Notes under the pieces: generated by a model
What the model saw: only the letters and a program-made list of their open reading frames with translations
Database searches by the model: none
What the model was told of the DNA's origin: nothing
Shown here: piece after piece, positions 29,599 to 39,674 of the stretch
Position numbering within the stretch: the stretch's first letter is position 1
Layout: the number at the start of each line of letters is the position of its first letter
Translations under genes and position numbers: made by a program
NCBI GenBank assembly: GCA_017621755.1
Contig: JAGASL010000061.1
Span: 9,705 to 73,704 of the forward strand
Length of the DNA: 64,000 nucleotides
DNA from: Clostridia bacterium
Lineage (GTDB): Bacteria > Bacillota > Clostridia > Oscillospirales > CAG-272
Direction: 5' to 3'

Positions 29599-30552
29599 TT
29601 ATTTTGTTAGAGCCAGCGTATCGTCTAACGTGCGGCGAATGGTGGCCGCGCTGCGGTGCACCATCTCGCTTTCGTGCTCGTCAAGCGGCAGGTCCAGCAC
29701 CTTTTTGACGCCCGAGGAGCCAACGATGGCCGGCACCCCCAAGCAGATATCGTGCACGCCGTAATGGTTCTCTACCAGCGTAGAGACCGGCAGCACGGAA
29801 TTTTCATCACGCAGAATCGAGCGGGTGATGCGCATGACCGCCTGGGCGATGGCATAGTAGGTTGCCCCCTTGCCCTCGATGATGCGGTAGGCGCTGTCAC
29901 GCACCTCTTCAAACATCTGTTGCAGCGTTTCTTTATAGTTCTCCATACCGGAAAGGCGGCAGAAATCATAAAGATCAATGCCGGAGACGTTGGCGCTGCT
30001 GAACACCGGCACCTCGCTATCCCCATGCTCGCCGATAATAAAGGAATGCACGTTGCGCGGGTCTACCGAGAGGCGGCGCCCGATCATATACTTCAGGCGG
30101 GCGGTATCCAGCACCGTGCCGGAGCCGATGACGCGGGCAGCCGGATAGCCGGATTGCTTCCAGGTATAGTAGGTCAGCAGGTCGACCGGGTTGGTCACGA
30201 CCAGCAAAATAGCCTCTTTGTTATATTGAACGATATTCTGCACGATGCTATCAAAGATCTGCAGGTTTTTGGAAAGCAGCTGCAGGCGCGTTTCGCCCGG
30301 CTTTTGGTTAGCGCCGGCGGCGATCACGATCAGCCCGGCATCTGCCAGGTCGGGGTAATCGCCCGCGTAGATCTTCATGGGGGCGAGGAACGGCAGGCCG
30401 TGCCCGATATCAAGCGCCTCGCCCTCTGCTTTTTTATGGTTCACGTCCAGCAGCACCATTTCAGAAAACAGGCCGCTTTCCGCATACGAATACGCAATGC
30501 TGGCACCGACAAAGCCGCAGCCGATCACCGCGCATTTCTGTTCATCGATCAT
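29599..30552 (-). CDS. ldh: L-lactate dehydrogenase
   Basis: 317 aa. CAVIGCGFVGAS NAD motif, GEHGDSEV catalytic-His motif. AAGGAG RBS. Confidence 0.92.
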   Translation of the reverse strand: MIDEQKCAVIGCGFVGASIAYSYAESGLFSEMVLLDVNHKKAEGEALDIGHGLPFLAPMKIYAGDYPDLADAGLIVIAAGANQKPGETRLQLLSKNLQIFDSIVQNIVQYNKEAILLVVTNPVDLLTYYTWKQSGYPAARVIGSGTVLDTARLKYMIGRRLSVDPRNVHSFIIGEHGDSEVPVFSSANVSGIDLYDFCRLSGMENYKETLQQMFEEVRDSAYRIIEGKGATYYAIAQAVMRITRSILRDENSVLPVSTLVENHYGVHDICLGVPAIVGSSGVKKVLDLPLDEHESEMVHRSAATIRRTLDDTLALTK

Positions 30553-30640
30553 GGTTGTTTCTCCTTTTCGTTGTTTACGTCTTTATTATACCACGTTTTC
30601 AGCCTTCTTCCGTGATCTGATCACATTTTTTGAAAAAAAC

Positions 30641-30673
30641 ACCAATGCCGCCGGCATTGCCGGCGGCATTGGT
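30641..30673 (-). terminator. Rho-independent terminator of the aminotransferase gene
   Basis: Minus strand ACCAATGCCGCCGGC-aat-GCCGGCGGCATTGGT followed by GTTTTTTTC. Confidence 0.8.
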
Positions 30674-30680
30674 CATATCA

Positions 30681-31958
30681 TCAAGCGCGATCGGAAAGCA
30701 GCTTTTCAGCTGCGGCCAGGCGCACGGCGCAGCAGAGCACGGCGGTGGCATCCTGAATCTCATTCAGCTTGGCAAAGGTAGGTGCCAGGCGCAGATTGTG
30801 GTCGCGCACGTCGCGGCCGTAGGGGTAGGTGGCGCCGGCCGGGGTCAGGGTCACGCCGGCAGCCTTGGCCAGCTCGTATACGCGCTTTGCGCAGCCATTT
30901 GGCAGATCTAAGCTGATAAAATAGCCCCCGTTTGGCTTCGTCCATTTAGCAATACCCAGCTCACCCAGCTCCTTTTCAAGGATATCCAGCATGGCCTCAA
31001 ACTTGGGGCGGATGCAGGCAGCATGACCGCGCATAATGGCGGCGGTATTCTCTGCATTCTTTAAGAAGCGAACGTGGCGCAGCTGATTCAGCTTATCAAA
31101 GCCGATGGTCTGGGTGCCGAGGATGGGCAGGATCTGCTTCAGGTTGGCATCACTTGCTGCCATCATGGCCACGCCGGCGCCGGGGAAGGTGACCTTGGAG
31201 GTAGAGGTAAAGTAGAACACGCGATCCTCATGCCCATGCTGCTTACAAAGCGCAAAGATATCGGCAAGCGGATCGGTCTCGTTGTACAGATCGTGAATGA
31301 CGTAGGCGTTATCCCAGAAGATACGGAAGTCGGGCGCGGCTGTTTCCATGGCGGCCAGGCGGGTAACCACATCATCCGAATAGGTGATGCCGCTCGGGTT
31401 GCTGTACTTCGGTACGCACCAGATGCCCTTTACGGCGGGGTCCTTGACCAGCTCCTCTACCGTATCCATATCCGGGCCGTTTTCATTCATCTCTACCGAA
31501 ATCATATCAATGCCAAGCGACTCGCAAATGCGGAAGTGACGATCGTAGCCCGGCACGGGGCAAAGGAACTTGACCGTTTCCTCTCTCCCCCACGGGCGGG
31601 GAGAGCCGACCACGCCGTACAGCATGGCGCGGGCCACCGAATCATACATTAAATTCAGGCTGGCATTGCCGCAGGCCAGAATGTTGGCGGCAGGAATGCC
31701 GGTGATCTCAGAAAATAGGCGGCGCATTTCGGGCAGACCCTCTAAGATGCCGTAATTGCGGCAATCGGTGCCGGCCTCGGCACGAAATTCATCAGCCTGC
31801 TCGGTCAGCATGGGCATAGAAAGCGCCAGCTGGTCAGCAGCGGGCTTGCCGCGGGAAAGGTCAAGCGACAGGCCGCGCGTGCAATGCGTGCGGTATTCAC
31901 GCTCTGCTTTTTCTTTTTCGATCTTCAATTCCTCGGGGGTAAGTGACAGGTAGTTCAT
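30681..31958 (-). CDS. PLP-dependent aminotransferase, class I/II fold (aspartate aminotransferase-like)
   Basis: Start placed at the ATG at 31958 after an AAGGAG RBS. About 425 aa. [14 protein letters not shown] fits the PLP-lysine region. The specific subfamily cannot be set by eye. Confidence 0.7.
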   Translation of the reverse strand: MNYLSLTPEELKIEKEKAEREYRTHCTRGLSLDLSRGKPAADQLALSMPMLTEQADEFRAEAGTDCRNYGILEGLPEMRRLFSEITGIPAANILACGNASLNLMYDSVARAMLYGVVGSPRPWGREETVKFLCPVPGYDRHFRICESLGIDMISVEMNENGPDMDTVEELVKDPAVKGIWCVPKYSNPSGITYSDDVVTRLAAMETAAPDFRIFWDNAYVIHDLYNETDPLADIFALCKQHGHEDRVFYFTSTSKVTFPGAGVAMMAASDANLKQILPILGTQTIGFDKLNQLRHVRFLKNAENTAAIMRGHAACIRPKFEAMLDILEKELGELGIAKWTKPNGGYFISLDLPNGCAKRVYELAKAAGVTLTPAGATYPYGRDVRDHNLRLAPTFAKLNEIQDATAVLCCAVRLAAAEKLLSDRA

Positions 31959-32111
31959 ATTCTCTCCTTTAGATAACCGCTTTTGCAGCAAAAACGGGGC
32001 GAAAATTCATTTTTTGTCAGCAATACTTTATCATTATAGCAGATTGTGCATGAAATTGCAACTGTTTTTGCAAAAATTTCTTTTTTTGTGCGTTTTGAAC
32101 GAAGTACGCGC

Positions 32112-32141
32112 TTGACAGCCCCTGTTCTCTTGTGCTATACT
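32112..32141 (+). promoter_or_regulatory. Sigma-A type promoter for the DUF4349 gene
   Basis: TTGACA (32112-32117), 18 nt, TATACT (32136-32141). Confidence 0.55.
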
Positions 32142-32234
32142 GGAAAAAAATATATGTAAAAAAGCAACTCCTCTGCCCCTTTTTCCGCCTATAGGGGCAG
32201 CACTCCATTTCACCGAAAGAAAGGAAAAAACATC

Positions 32235-33158
32235 ATGAAGCAAAAAGCACCACGGCTATTGTTTACCCTACTGCTCCTGCTACTGGCCCTCTCGCTTGCA
32301 GCCTGCAGCGCCTCTACACGCCCGGGCTCTTACGCCAACGGCGGTGCCGCGGCCGACGGTTATTACGGCGGCACAGGCGATAACGTCTCAGACAAGGAGC
32401 ATTCTTCGCTTAGCAGCATCACCTATGCCCCGCCTGCCAGCCAGCTGATCATCAAAACCGTAAACGAAACGGTAGAAACGCTGGAATACGATGAATTTCT
32501 TGACGCGCTGACCGAGGCGGTTCGCGCGGCGGGCGGCTACCTCTCCTCCTCCTCTTATCGGGATGGCAGCTATAACACCAGCGTGCTGCGCACGGCCAGC
32601 CTGGTAATCCGCATTCCCGCTGCGGAGCTGGAGGGCTTTTGCAGCCGGGTAGACGGTATTGGGCATGTGACCTCCTTTTATGAAACGGTAGACGATATCA
32701 CGCTGGCCTACGTTTCTATAGAGAGCCGCATTGGCGTGCTGGAGAGTGAGGAAAGTGCCCTGCTGGGCATGCTGAGCCGGGCAGAGACCGTTGCCGATAT
32801 GCTGGCTATTCGCAAGCAGCTAGAAAGCGTGCAGGGTGAGCTGGCCGAGCTGCGCGCCCAGCAGCGCGTATACGATGACCAGATCGCCTACAGCACGGTA
32901 AACATGACGGTGCGTGAGGTCAAGCGCGTGAGCGAGGATACCGAGCGCATGGGCTTTGGCGAGGAGCTTTGGCACACCTTTATGAGTAGCCTGTACGGCA
33001 TTGGCGATTTCTTCCGTGCCTTGGCCATCTTTATCGGCGGCTATTCGCCGGTGCTTTTGCTGCTGGCGGCTGTGATCGCCGTGATCGCGCTGCTTTTGCG
33101 CCACCTTGTACGGCGCGAGCGTGCCCGCGCTGCCCATAGACGAGAGCAGGAAAAATAA
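32235..33158 (+). CDS. DUF4349-like lipoprotein with C-terminal membrane anchor
   Basis: Lipobox LALSLAACSAS, a central coiled-coil-like region and a C-terminal TM (VLLLLAAVIAVIALLL). This architecture is typical of DUF4349 proteins. Confidence 0.65.
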   Translation: MKQKAPRLLFTLLLLLLALSLAACSASTRPGSYANGGAAADGYYGGTGDNVSDKEHSSLSSITYAPPASQLIIKTVNETVETLEYDEFLDALTEAVRAAGGYLSSSSYRDGSYNTSVLRTASLVIRIPAAELEGFCSRVDGIGHVTSFYETVDDITLAYVSIESRIGVLESEESALLGMLSRAETVADMLAIRKQLESVQGELAELRAQQRVYDDQIAYSTVNMTVREVKRVSEDTERMGFGEELWHTFMSSLYGIGDFFRALAIFIGGYSPVLLLLAAVIAVIALLLRHLVRRERARAAHRREQEK

Positions 33159-33227
33159 GAAAAGCATGAAAAAGAAGCTCGGTTGAGCTTCTTTTTCTTC
33201 GCTTGCGCTTCTTTTTTTGCAAGTACC

Positions 33228-33257
33228 TTGACAAGTCGGCACCAAATGCGCTATAAT
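33228..33257 (+). promoter_or_regulatory. Sigma-A type promoter of proS
   Basis: TTGACA (33228-33233), 18 nt, TATAAT (33252-33257). Confidence 0.6.
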
Positions 33258-33296
33258 ATTATGAATAAATATTGCAAAAAGGACCGGTACGTTTTT

Positions 33297-34736
33297 ATGG
33301 CTGACAAGAAAATGGTTGAGCAGATCACGTCTATGGACGTGGATTTTGCGCAATGGTACACCGATATTTGTAAAAAAGCAGACCTGATCGACTATTCCAG
33401 CGTGAAGGGCTGCATGATCATTCGCCCCTACGGCTATGCGATCTGGGAAAATATTCAGCGCATTCTCGACACCCGCTTTAAGGAGCTGGGGCATGAGAAC
33501 GTGTATATGCCGATGTTTATTCCCGAATCGCTTCTGCAGAAGGAAAAGGACCACGTAGCCGGCTTCGCGCCGGAGGTCGCGTGGGTCACCCACGGCGGCA
33601 GCGAGCCGCTGACCGAGCGTATGTGCGTGCGCCCGACCTCAGAGACCCTGTTCTGCGAGCATTATGCCAACATCATTCATTCCTACCGTGACCTGCCGAA
33701 GCTGTATAACCAGTGGTGCAGCGTGGTGCGTTGGGAAAAGACCACCCGCCCCTTCCTGCGTAGCCGCGAATTTTTGTGGCAGGAGGGCCATACCATGCAC
33801 GCCACCGCTGAGGAGGCTATTGCCGAGACGGTGCAGATGCTGAATGTATACGCCGATTTCCACGAGCAGGATCTGGCTATTCCGGTCATTCGCGGTAAGA
33901 AAACGCCGAGCGACAAGTTTGCCGGTGCCGAGGATACCTACGCCATCGAGGCGCTGATGCATGACGGCAAGGCGCTGCAGGCCGGCACCTCGCACTATTT
34001 TGGCGACGGCTTTGCCCGCGCCTTTAACATCACCTTTACCGATAAGGAGAACAAGGTCTGCTACCCGCACCAGACCTCGTGGGGTGTGACCACCCGTATG
34101 ATCGGCGGTATTATTATGACCCACGGCGATGATAACGGCCTGGTTCTGCCGCCGGCGATCGCACCGATCCAGGTAGTGATCATTCCGGTACAGCAGCATA
34201 AGGACGGCGTGCTGGACAAGGCGCACGAGATCGCTGCCGTGCTGAAGGCAGCCGGCATCCGCGTGAAGGTGGATGATAGCGACAACAGCCCCGGCTGGAA
34301 GTTTGCCGAATATGAAATGAAGGGTGTGCCGGTCCGCCTGGAGGTTGGCCCGCGCGATATCGAAAATAATTCCTGCGTGCTGGTTTGCCGCCACAACCGT
34401 GAAAAGACCTTCCATTCCTTGGATGATATTGCCACCTCGGTTGCCGCAAAGCTGCAAGAGGTGCGTGACGGCATCTTTGAAAAGGCGCTTGCAAACCGCG
34501 AAAAGCGCACCTACGTCTGCCAGGATATGGACGAGATCATTGCCGCGATCGAAAAGAATGGCGATGGCCTTGTCAAGGCCATGTGGTGCGGCGAGGAGGC
34601 CTGCGAGGACGAGGTTAAGGAAAAGACCGGCGTAGGCAGCCGCTGCATTCCGCTGATGCAGGAAAAGCTGAGCGGCACCTGTGTGTGCTGCGGCAAGCCT
34701 GCCAAGCACATGGTTGTTTGGGGCAAAGCATATTAA
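33297..34736 (+). CDS. proS: Proline--tRNA ligase (archaeal/eukaryote-like short form)
   Basis: Start placed at the ATG at 33297, downstream of the promoter. 479 aa. N-terminus [36 protein letters not shown], class II motifs, and a C-terminal Zn-binding-like [16 protein letters not shown]. Confidence 0.9.
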   Translation: MADKKMVEQITSMDVDFAQWYTDICKKADLIDYSSVKGCMIIRPYGYAIWENIQRILDTRFKELGHENVYMPMFIPESLLQKEKDHVAGFAPEVAWVTHGGSEPLTERMCVRPTSETLFCEHYANIIHSYRDLPKLYNQWCSVVRWEKTTRPFLRSREFLWQEGHTMHATAEEAIAETVQMLNVYADFHEQDLAIPVIRGKKTPSDKFAGAEDTYAIEALMHDGKALQAGTSHYFGDGFARAFNITFTDKENKVCYPHQTSWGVTTRMIGGIIMTHGDDNGLVLPPAIAPIQVVIIPVQQHKDGVLDKAHEIAAVLKAAGIRVKVDDSDNSPGWKFAEYEMKGVPVRLEVGPRDIENNSCVLVCRHNREKTFHSLDDIATSVAAKLQEVRDGIFEKALANREKRTYVCQDMDEIIAAIEKNGDGLVKAMWCGEEACEDEVKEKTGVGSRCIPLMQEKLSGTCVCCGKPAKHMVVWGKAY

Positions 34737-34743
34737 TGACAAA

Positions 34744-34769
34744 GAAACGGGTGTCTTGGCACCCGTTTC
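34744..34769 (+). terminator. Hairpin downstream of proS
   Basis: GAAACGGGTG-tcttgg-CACCCGTTTC. There is no strong T-tract. Confidence 0.4.
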
Positions 34770-34793
34770 CTGCACAAGGAGCGTGAAAGCAAG

Positions 34794-35558
34794 ATGGACC
34801 ATATGACTGACAGCGCGTCTAAGCGGGTCGTTCTCAGCTGCGAAAGCGGCCGAATGATCATTGTAGACGAGCAAGAGCCCCCTTGCTTGGGCAATGCCGC
34901 CCTGCTTACCATGGCGCAGGAGGGGAAGGAGGAGGGCTACGTGCTATTCAGCCAGCTGCCCGAATGCCCCTTTGACGATTGCGATACGCCGGGGCTGTTT
35001 CTCTCGATCCTGACACGGCCCACCACCCTGCCCGTGCAGGAGGCCGGTCTGCTTTCGGCAGCGGCCGCCGTAGCGGCGGCACGGGCGATTGAAAGGCTTT
35101 CGGAAAGCGAGATCCGCATTCGCTGGGTAAACGACCTTCTTCACGATGGCGAAAAGCTTGGCTCGATGTCGATCAGCACACGCCTCACGCCGGAGGGGCA
35201 GCTGGATTATGCCGTGATCGGCATGATGCTGTGCCTGTCTGCCGAGCATTTTCCACCTAAGCTGGGAGACGTGATACGGCGCGTGTTTAACGGCGAGCTG
35301 CGCGAGCTGCCCTCGCGCCTGAGTGACGCGATCGCCTTAGAGTTCTTTTCGATCTACGACCGCCTATCTACCGACCGCAGCTTTATGGAGGAATATCGCG
35401 AGCGCTCCTCGGTGCTGGGCAAGCGGGCGAAGGTGCTGGTAGGGGATACCTTTTTGCGCGGCCGCGTGGTTGACATAGATGACCACGCCTGCCTGACGGT
35501 AGAGCTGCGCAGCGGCGCGCAGATGACTATAGCCTCTCGCTCTGAGATCGTATTTTAA
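34794..35558 (+). CDS. Biotin-protein-ligase (BirA)-like protein with degenerate active-site motifs
   Basis: 254 aa. The BPL-like core reads GLFLSILTRP ... IRIRWVNDLLHDGEKLGSMSIS, with a BirA-like C-terminal domain. The GRGRxGR loop is absent (DDCDTP instead), and KWPND reads RWVND. Confidence 0.65.
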   Translation: MDHMTDSASKRVVLSCESGRMIIVDEQEPPCLGNAALLTMAQEGKEEGYVLFSQLPECPFDDCDTPGLFLSILTRPTTLPVQEAGLLSAAAAVAAARAIERLSESEIRIRWVNDLLHDGEKLGSMSISTRLTPEGQLDYAVIGMMLCLSAEHFPPKLGDVIRRVFNGELRELPSRLSDAIALEFFSIYDRLSTDRSFMEEYRERSSVLGKRAKVLVGDTFLRGRVVDIDDHACLTVELRSGAQMTIASRSEIVF

Positions 35559-35573
35559 GAAAGCATACCGTTT

Positions 35574-35605
35574 ACCGGCCGTGCGGCATTTGCCGCACGG
35601 CCGGT
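35574..35605 (+). terminator. Rho-independent terminator after the BirA-like gene
   Basis: ACCGGCCGTGCGGC-attt-GCCGCACGGCCGGT followed by TCTTCTTCT. Confidence 0.7.
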
Positions 35606-35666
35606 TCTTCTTCTAAAAGAACGAAAGCCTGCATACACTAAATCAAAAGAAAAAAGGGGGGCTGGA

Positions 35667-36002
35667 ATGCAGTACCACGATCAAACAATGATAACCATGC
35701 CAGCGCAAGGCGGGCATGAGGGAATGGGCACGGTGCTGCTGCTGGCGGCGCTGTTAGTCGGCGTTTTTTTCTTAGCCTTAGGTGGCTACGGCTATTATGC
35801 CGCCATAGATGCGGGGGATCTGCCCGGCGCCCTGCCGAACGCGGTGCTGGCGCTGCGTGGCCTGGTAGAGGAGAACGAAGCGGTGGCCGTTTTTTTAGGG
35901 CTGGCGCCGGATGAAAGCGTTGCCACCATGGCACCGGCAGAGGAGGTACCCGCGCATATCCGAGCAGCGGCCGAGGCCTATATTCGCGCGCGACAGGAAT
36001 GA
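35667..36002 (+). CDS. Hypothetical small membrane protein
   Basis: 111 aa, AAGGGGGG RBS, one predicted TM (VLLLAALLVGVFFLALGGYGYY). Its stop overlaps the next start (ATGA). Confidence 0.55.
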   Translation: MQYHDQTMITMPAQGGHEGMGTVLLLAALLVGVFFLALGGYGYYAAIDAGDLPGALPNAVLALRGLVEENEAVAVFLGLAPDESVATMAPAEEVPAHIRAAAEAYIRARQE

Positions 36003-36628
36003 GCGCGTATCGACTGCGCCGGATGGCGGTACACCTGCTGCCCTACCTATGGCCGGCGCTATGGATCGCCTTTCTGCTATTGACCGAGCCGCCCGCCTAC
36101 GCCCTGCTGATGCTGGCGGCCACCGCCCTGCATGAAACGGGGCACCTGTTTGCCTTTTTTGCCTGTGGCGAGCCGCTGCCTGCCTTTTCGGGCAGGCAGT
36201 TTGGCCTACTGCTGACCCCCACGGGCGGCATGCTTTCATACAAAAAAGAGATTGTCATCTGCGCGGCGGGGCCTCTTTTTAACCTGCTGGCATGCCTTTC
36301 GCTGCTGCCCGCCATTCGTGCTGGGCTGGCCGTAGATGCCAATTTTTGTTTTTTTGCCTTGAACCTATTCACAGCCCTCTTCAATCTGCTTCCCCTCTCC
36401 GGCTTTGATGGGGGCAGGATGCTTTCGGCTGCCCTTTCGCTCTCACTGCCGGCACACACGGCAGCCGCCGTGGGCGGTGCGATCGCGCTGGCGGGGGTGC
36501 TGTTTTTTTATTTTCTTTCCATCTTTCTTACCTTTGTGGCGGGGGCGGGTGCTTACCCCTTTTTGCTGGCCGGCTTTCTGCTTTGGGCAGAGGGAAAGCG
36601 CTACCCGGCCCTTTGGGAGGATTTTTAA
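35999..36628 (+). CDS. Site-2 protease family (M50) intramembrane metalloprotease
   Basis: 209 aa. HExxH as LHETGHLF and NLLPLSGFDGGRM (the M50 NxxPxxxxDG motif). Confidence 0.8.
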   Translation: MSAYRLRRMAVHLLPYLWPALWIAFLLLTEPPAYALLMLAATALHETGHLFAFFACGEPLPAFSGRQFGLLLTPTGGMLSYKKEIVICAAGPLFNLLACLSLLPAIRAGLAVDANFCFFALNLFTALFNLLPLSGFDGGRMLSAALSLSLPAHTAAAVGGAIALAGVLFFYFLSIFLTFVAGAGAYPFLLAGFLLWAEGKRYPALWEDF

Positions 36629-36725
36629 GGATTTAAGAGGAAACGGGAGAATTTTGAAAGAAAACGCAGCCTTCCGCCGTCTCAGCACGGATAATCACAT
36701 TTATTCAAAAATTTTTCAAAATATA

Positions 36726-36754
36726 TTGCATTTTTCTGCAATATTTGCTATAAT
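36726..36754 (+). promoter_or_regulatory. Sigma-A type promoter of the pot operon
   Basis: TTGCAT (36726-36731), 17 nt, TATAAT (36749-36754). Confidence 0.6.
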
Positions 36755-36825
36755 GCATGTAATTGCTGAGAGTAGTCCTTTTTGTGACGCTTCAGCAACA
36801 GAAAGGAGCGCGATAACGCAGAAGA

Positions 36826-37944
36826 ATGAACAAGCTGATTGAACTGAAGGGGATCACAAAATCCTATGACGGTGAGACCGTCTTAAACCACATCAACTTA
36901 GATATTCACGATCACGAGTTCGTGACCCTGCTCGGCCCCTCTGGCTGTGGCAAGACCACGACCCTGCGTATCATCGGCGGCTTTGTAACGCCGGACGAGG
37001 GAGACGTGATCTTTGATGGCGCCAGGATCAATGACCTGCCGCCCTATAAGCGCCACGTAAACACCGTATTCCAGAAATACGCGCTGTTTCCGCACCTGAA
37101 CGTGTATGAGAATATTGCCTTTGCCCTGCGGCTTGCCCGCCTGCCAGAGGCCGAGATCTCTCGCCGCGTGAAGGAGATGCTGGCGCTGGTAGCCCTTTCC
37201 GGCTTTGAAAAGAAAAACGTCAATCTGCTTTCGGGCGGTCAGCAGCAGCGTGTTGCCATTGCCCGTGCGCTGATCAATAAACCGCGCGTTCTACTACTGG
37301 ACGAGCCGCTTGGCGCCCTTGACCTCAAGCTGCGCAAGGACATGCAGAACGAGCTGAAAAAAATTCAAACGCAGACCGGTATCACCTTCATCTACGTCAC
37401 GCATGACCAAGAGGAAGCGCTTTCTATGTCGGATACCGTGGTGGTCATGCAAAACGGCGTCATCCAGCAGATCGGTACCCCGACCGACATCTATAACGAG
37501 CCTGTCAACGCCTTCGTTGCCGATTTTATTGGCGAAAGTAACATTGTTGACGGCGTGATGCTGGAGGACAAGCTGGTCTCCTTCTCTGGTCATACCTTCC
37601 CCTGTCTTGACAGCGGCTTTGGCAAAAACCAGCCGGTAGACGTTGTTGTACGCCCCGAGGACGTTGACGTGGTCAGCCCCGAAAAGGGCATGCTGCGCGG
37701 CATTGTTTCCTCTGTCACCTTCAAGGGCGTGCATTACGAGATCATCGTTGACATCGGCGGCTTTAAGTGGATGATCCAAACCACCGATTACGTAGCGCCC
37801 GAGGCCGAAATTGGCCTGTATATCGAGCCGGATGCCATTCACGTAATGAACAAATCTGAATTTTCCGGCCAGTTTGGTGACTACAGCTCCTTTAGCGACG
37901 AGATGGATAATATCTCTGACCCCGACGCGACCGAGGAAGAATAA
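36826..37944 (+). CDS. potA: Spermidine/putrescine ABC transporter ATP-binding protein
   Basis: 372 aa. Walker [30 protein letters not shown], and a C-terminal TOBE-like domain. Followed by two permeases and a binding protein. Confidence 0.88.
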   Translation: MNKLIELKGITKSYDGETVLNHINLDIHDHEFVTLLGPSGCGKTTTLRIIGGFVTPDEGDVIFDGARINDLPPYKRHVNTVFQKYALFPHLNVYENIAFALRLARLPEAEISRRVKEMLALVALSGFEKKNVNLLSGGQQQRVAIARALINKPRVLLLDEPLGALDLKLRKDMQNELKKIQTQTGITFIYVTHDQEEALSMSDTVVVMQNGVIQQIGTPTDIYNEPVNAFVADFIGESNIVDGVMLEDKLVSFSGHTFPCLDSGFGKNQPVDVVVRPEDVDVVSPEKGMLRGIVSSVTFKGVHYEIIVDIGGFKWMIQTTDYVAPEAEIGLYIEPDAIHVMNKSEFSGQFGDYSSFSDEMDNISDPDATEEE

Positions 37945-37990
37945 CAAGATAAGGAAGCCCCTTGTGGGCAGGGTGATATTAAAAGAAAAG

Positions 37991-38833
37991 ATGAATAAAA
38001 AACGGTCTTTTTTGCGCACGGCGGCAGCCTATCCACACATGGTGTGGAGCGTGCTGTTCATCGTGGCACCTTTGATCTTTGTTTTATATTACGCGCTGAC
38101 GGAGGAGGATGCAAGCGGAAATTTCTATTTTTCCTTTGCCAACATCACAGCGCTGGCGGGCGAAAGCTATCTGCCCGTATTCTTCCGTTCTATCTGCTTT
38201 GCGGTCGTAGCCACCGCCATTTGCCTGGTGCTGGCCTATCCGCTTGCCTATTTTCTTTCTAAATGCAAGGTCTCCTCGCAGCGCATGCTGATCATGCTGG
38301 TCATGCTGCCGATGTGGATGAACCTGCTCATTCGTACCTATTCCTGGATGAACATTCTGGAAACGAACGGTCTGATCAACAACCTGCTTACCACCATCGG
38401 CCTGCCGAATGCCAAACTGCTTGGCAACGGCGCGGCGGTGGTGCTGGGCATGGTGTATAACTTTCTGCCCTATATGATCATGCCCATCTACACCGTGATG
38501 AGCAAGATCGACAGCCGCTATTTAGAGGCAGCAGCCGACCTGGGCTGCAACGGGCCGCAGACCATGCTGCGCGTGATCCTTCCGCTCTCGGCCTCCGGCA
38601 TTATTTCGGGCATCACGATGGTGTTCGTGCCCTCTGTCAGCACCTTCTACATCTCGCAAAAGATGGGTAACGGCCGCTTTGAGATGATCGGCGATACGAT
38701 CGAGCGGCAGTTCATGTCGAACTACGATTACCACATGGGCGCTACGCTTTCCTTGGTGCTGATGGTGCTGATCATCATCTGCCTGGCGGTGATGAACCGC
38801 TTTGGTGATGAGGATGGAGGTGTGCTGGTATGA
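37991..38833 (+). CDS. potB: Spermidine/putrescine ABC transporter permease
   Basis: Start moved to the ATG at 37991. Polytopic, with the EAA-loop context YLEAAADLGCNGPQTMLRVILP. Confidence 0.85.
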   Translation: MNKKRSFLRTAAAYPHMVWSVLFIVAPLIFVLYYALTEEDASGNFYFSFANITALAGESYLPVFFRSICFAVVATAICLVLAYPLAYFLSKCKVSSQRMLIMLVMLPMWMNLLIRTYSWMNILETNGLINNLLTTIGLPNAKLLGNGAAVVLGMVYNFLPYMIMPIYTVMSKIDSRYLEAAADLGCNGPQTMLRVILPLSASGIISGITMVFVPSVSTFYISQKMGNGRFEMIGDTIERQFMSNYDYHMGATLSLVLMVLIIICLAVMNRFGDEDGGVLV

Positions 38834-39672
38834 AGCTGCTTTCCCGCCTCTATATGGTGCTGATCTTTGTATTCCTGTACGCCCCGCTGCTGATCATGGT
38901 GCTTTTTTCCTTCAACGAAGCCAACAGCCTCTCCAATTTTACCGGCTTTTCGCTTCGCTGGTATGAGGAGCTGTTTCAGAGCGAGGAGGTGCTGGACGTT
39001 CTTTCCAACACGCTGATCTTAGCGCTTCTTTCGGCCGCTATTGCCACCGTGGTGGGCACGGCCGCTGCCGTGGGCATTGAAAAAATGCGCACGCGCTGGC
39101 TAAAGACCGCCGTGAACACCGTCTCAAACATGCCCATGATGAACCCGGATATCGTAACCGGTATCTCAATGGCGCTGCTCTTTGCCTTTGCCATGAAGCT
39201 ATTCCACATGGAAAGCATTTTCGGCTTTTGGACGGTGCTGATCGCCCACGTGACCTTTAACCTGCCCTACGTGATCCTTTCGGTGGTGCCGAAGATCCGG
39301 CAGATGGACAGATTTTTGCCCGAGGCAGCCTTAGACCTGGGCTGCACACCGATGCAATCCTTCTTTAAGGTCGAGCTGCCCGCTATCCTACCCGGCGTGC
39401 TGAGCGGCTTTGTAATGGCCCTGACGCTCTCGCTTGACGATTTTGTCATCAGCTATTTCAACACCGACGGTGATTTTCAGACCCTGCCGATCTATATCTT
39501 CGGCATGACCAAGCGTACCGTGACCCCGGATATCTATTCGCTTTCTACCCTGCTGTTTGCCGGGGTGCTACTGCTGCTGATCCTTTCTAACCTGATGCAG
39601 AGCCACGCCGAGCGCAAGGAGCAGCGCATTGCCGCGGCCAAGCGCCGCGCGCGGAGCGGAAGGAGGGGATAA
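38830..39672 (+). CDS. potC: Spermidine/putrescine ABC transporter permease
   Basis: 280 aa. EAA loop LPEAALDLGCTPMQSFFKVELP. 4-nt overlap with potB. Confidence 0.85.
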   Translation: MKLLSRLYMVLIFVFLYAPLLIMVLFSFNEANSLSNFTGFSLRWYEELFQSEEVLDVLSNTLILALLSAAIATVVGTAAAVGIEKMRTRWLKTAVNTVSNMPMMNPDIVTGISMALLFAFAMKLFHMESIFGFWTVLIAHVTFNLPYVILSVVPKIRQMDRFLPEAALDLGCTPMQSFFKVELPAILPGVLSGFVMALTLSLDDFVISYFNTDGDFQTLPIYIFGMTKRTVTPDIYSLSTLLFAGVLLLLILSNLMQSHAERKEQRIAAAKRRARSGRRG

Positions 39673-39674
39673 GG

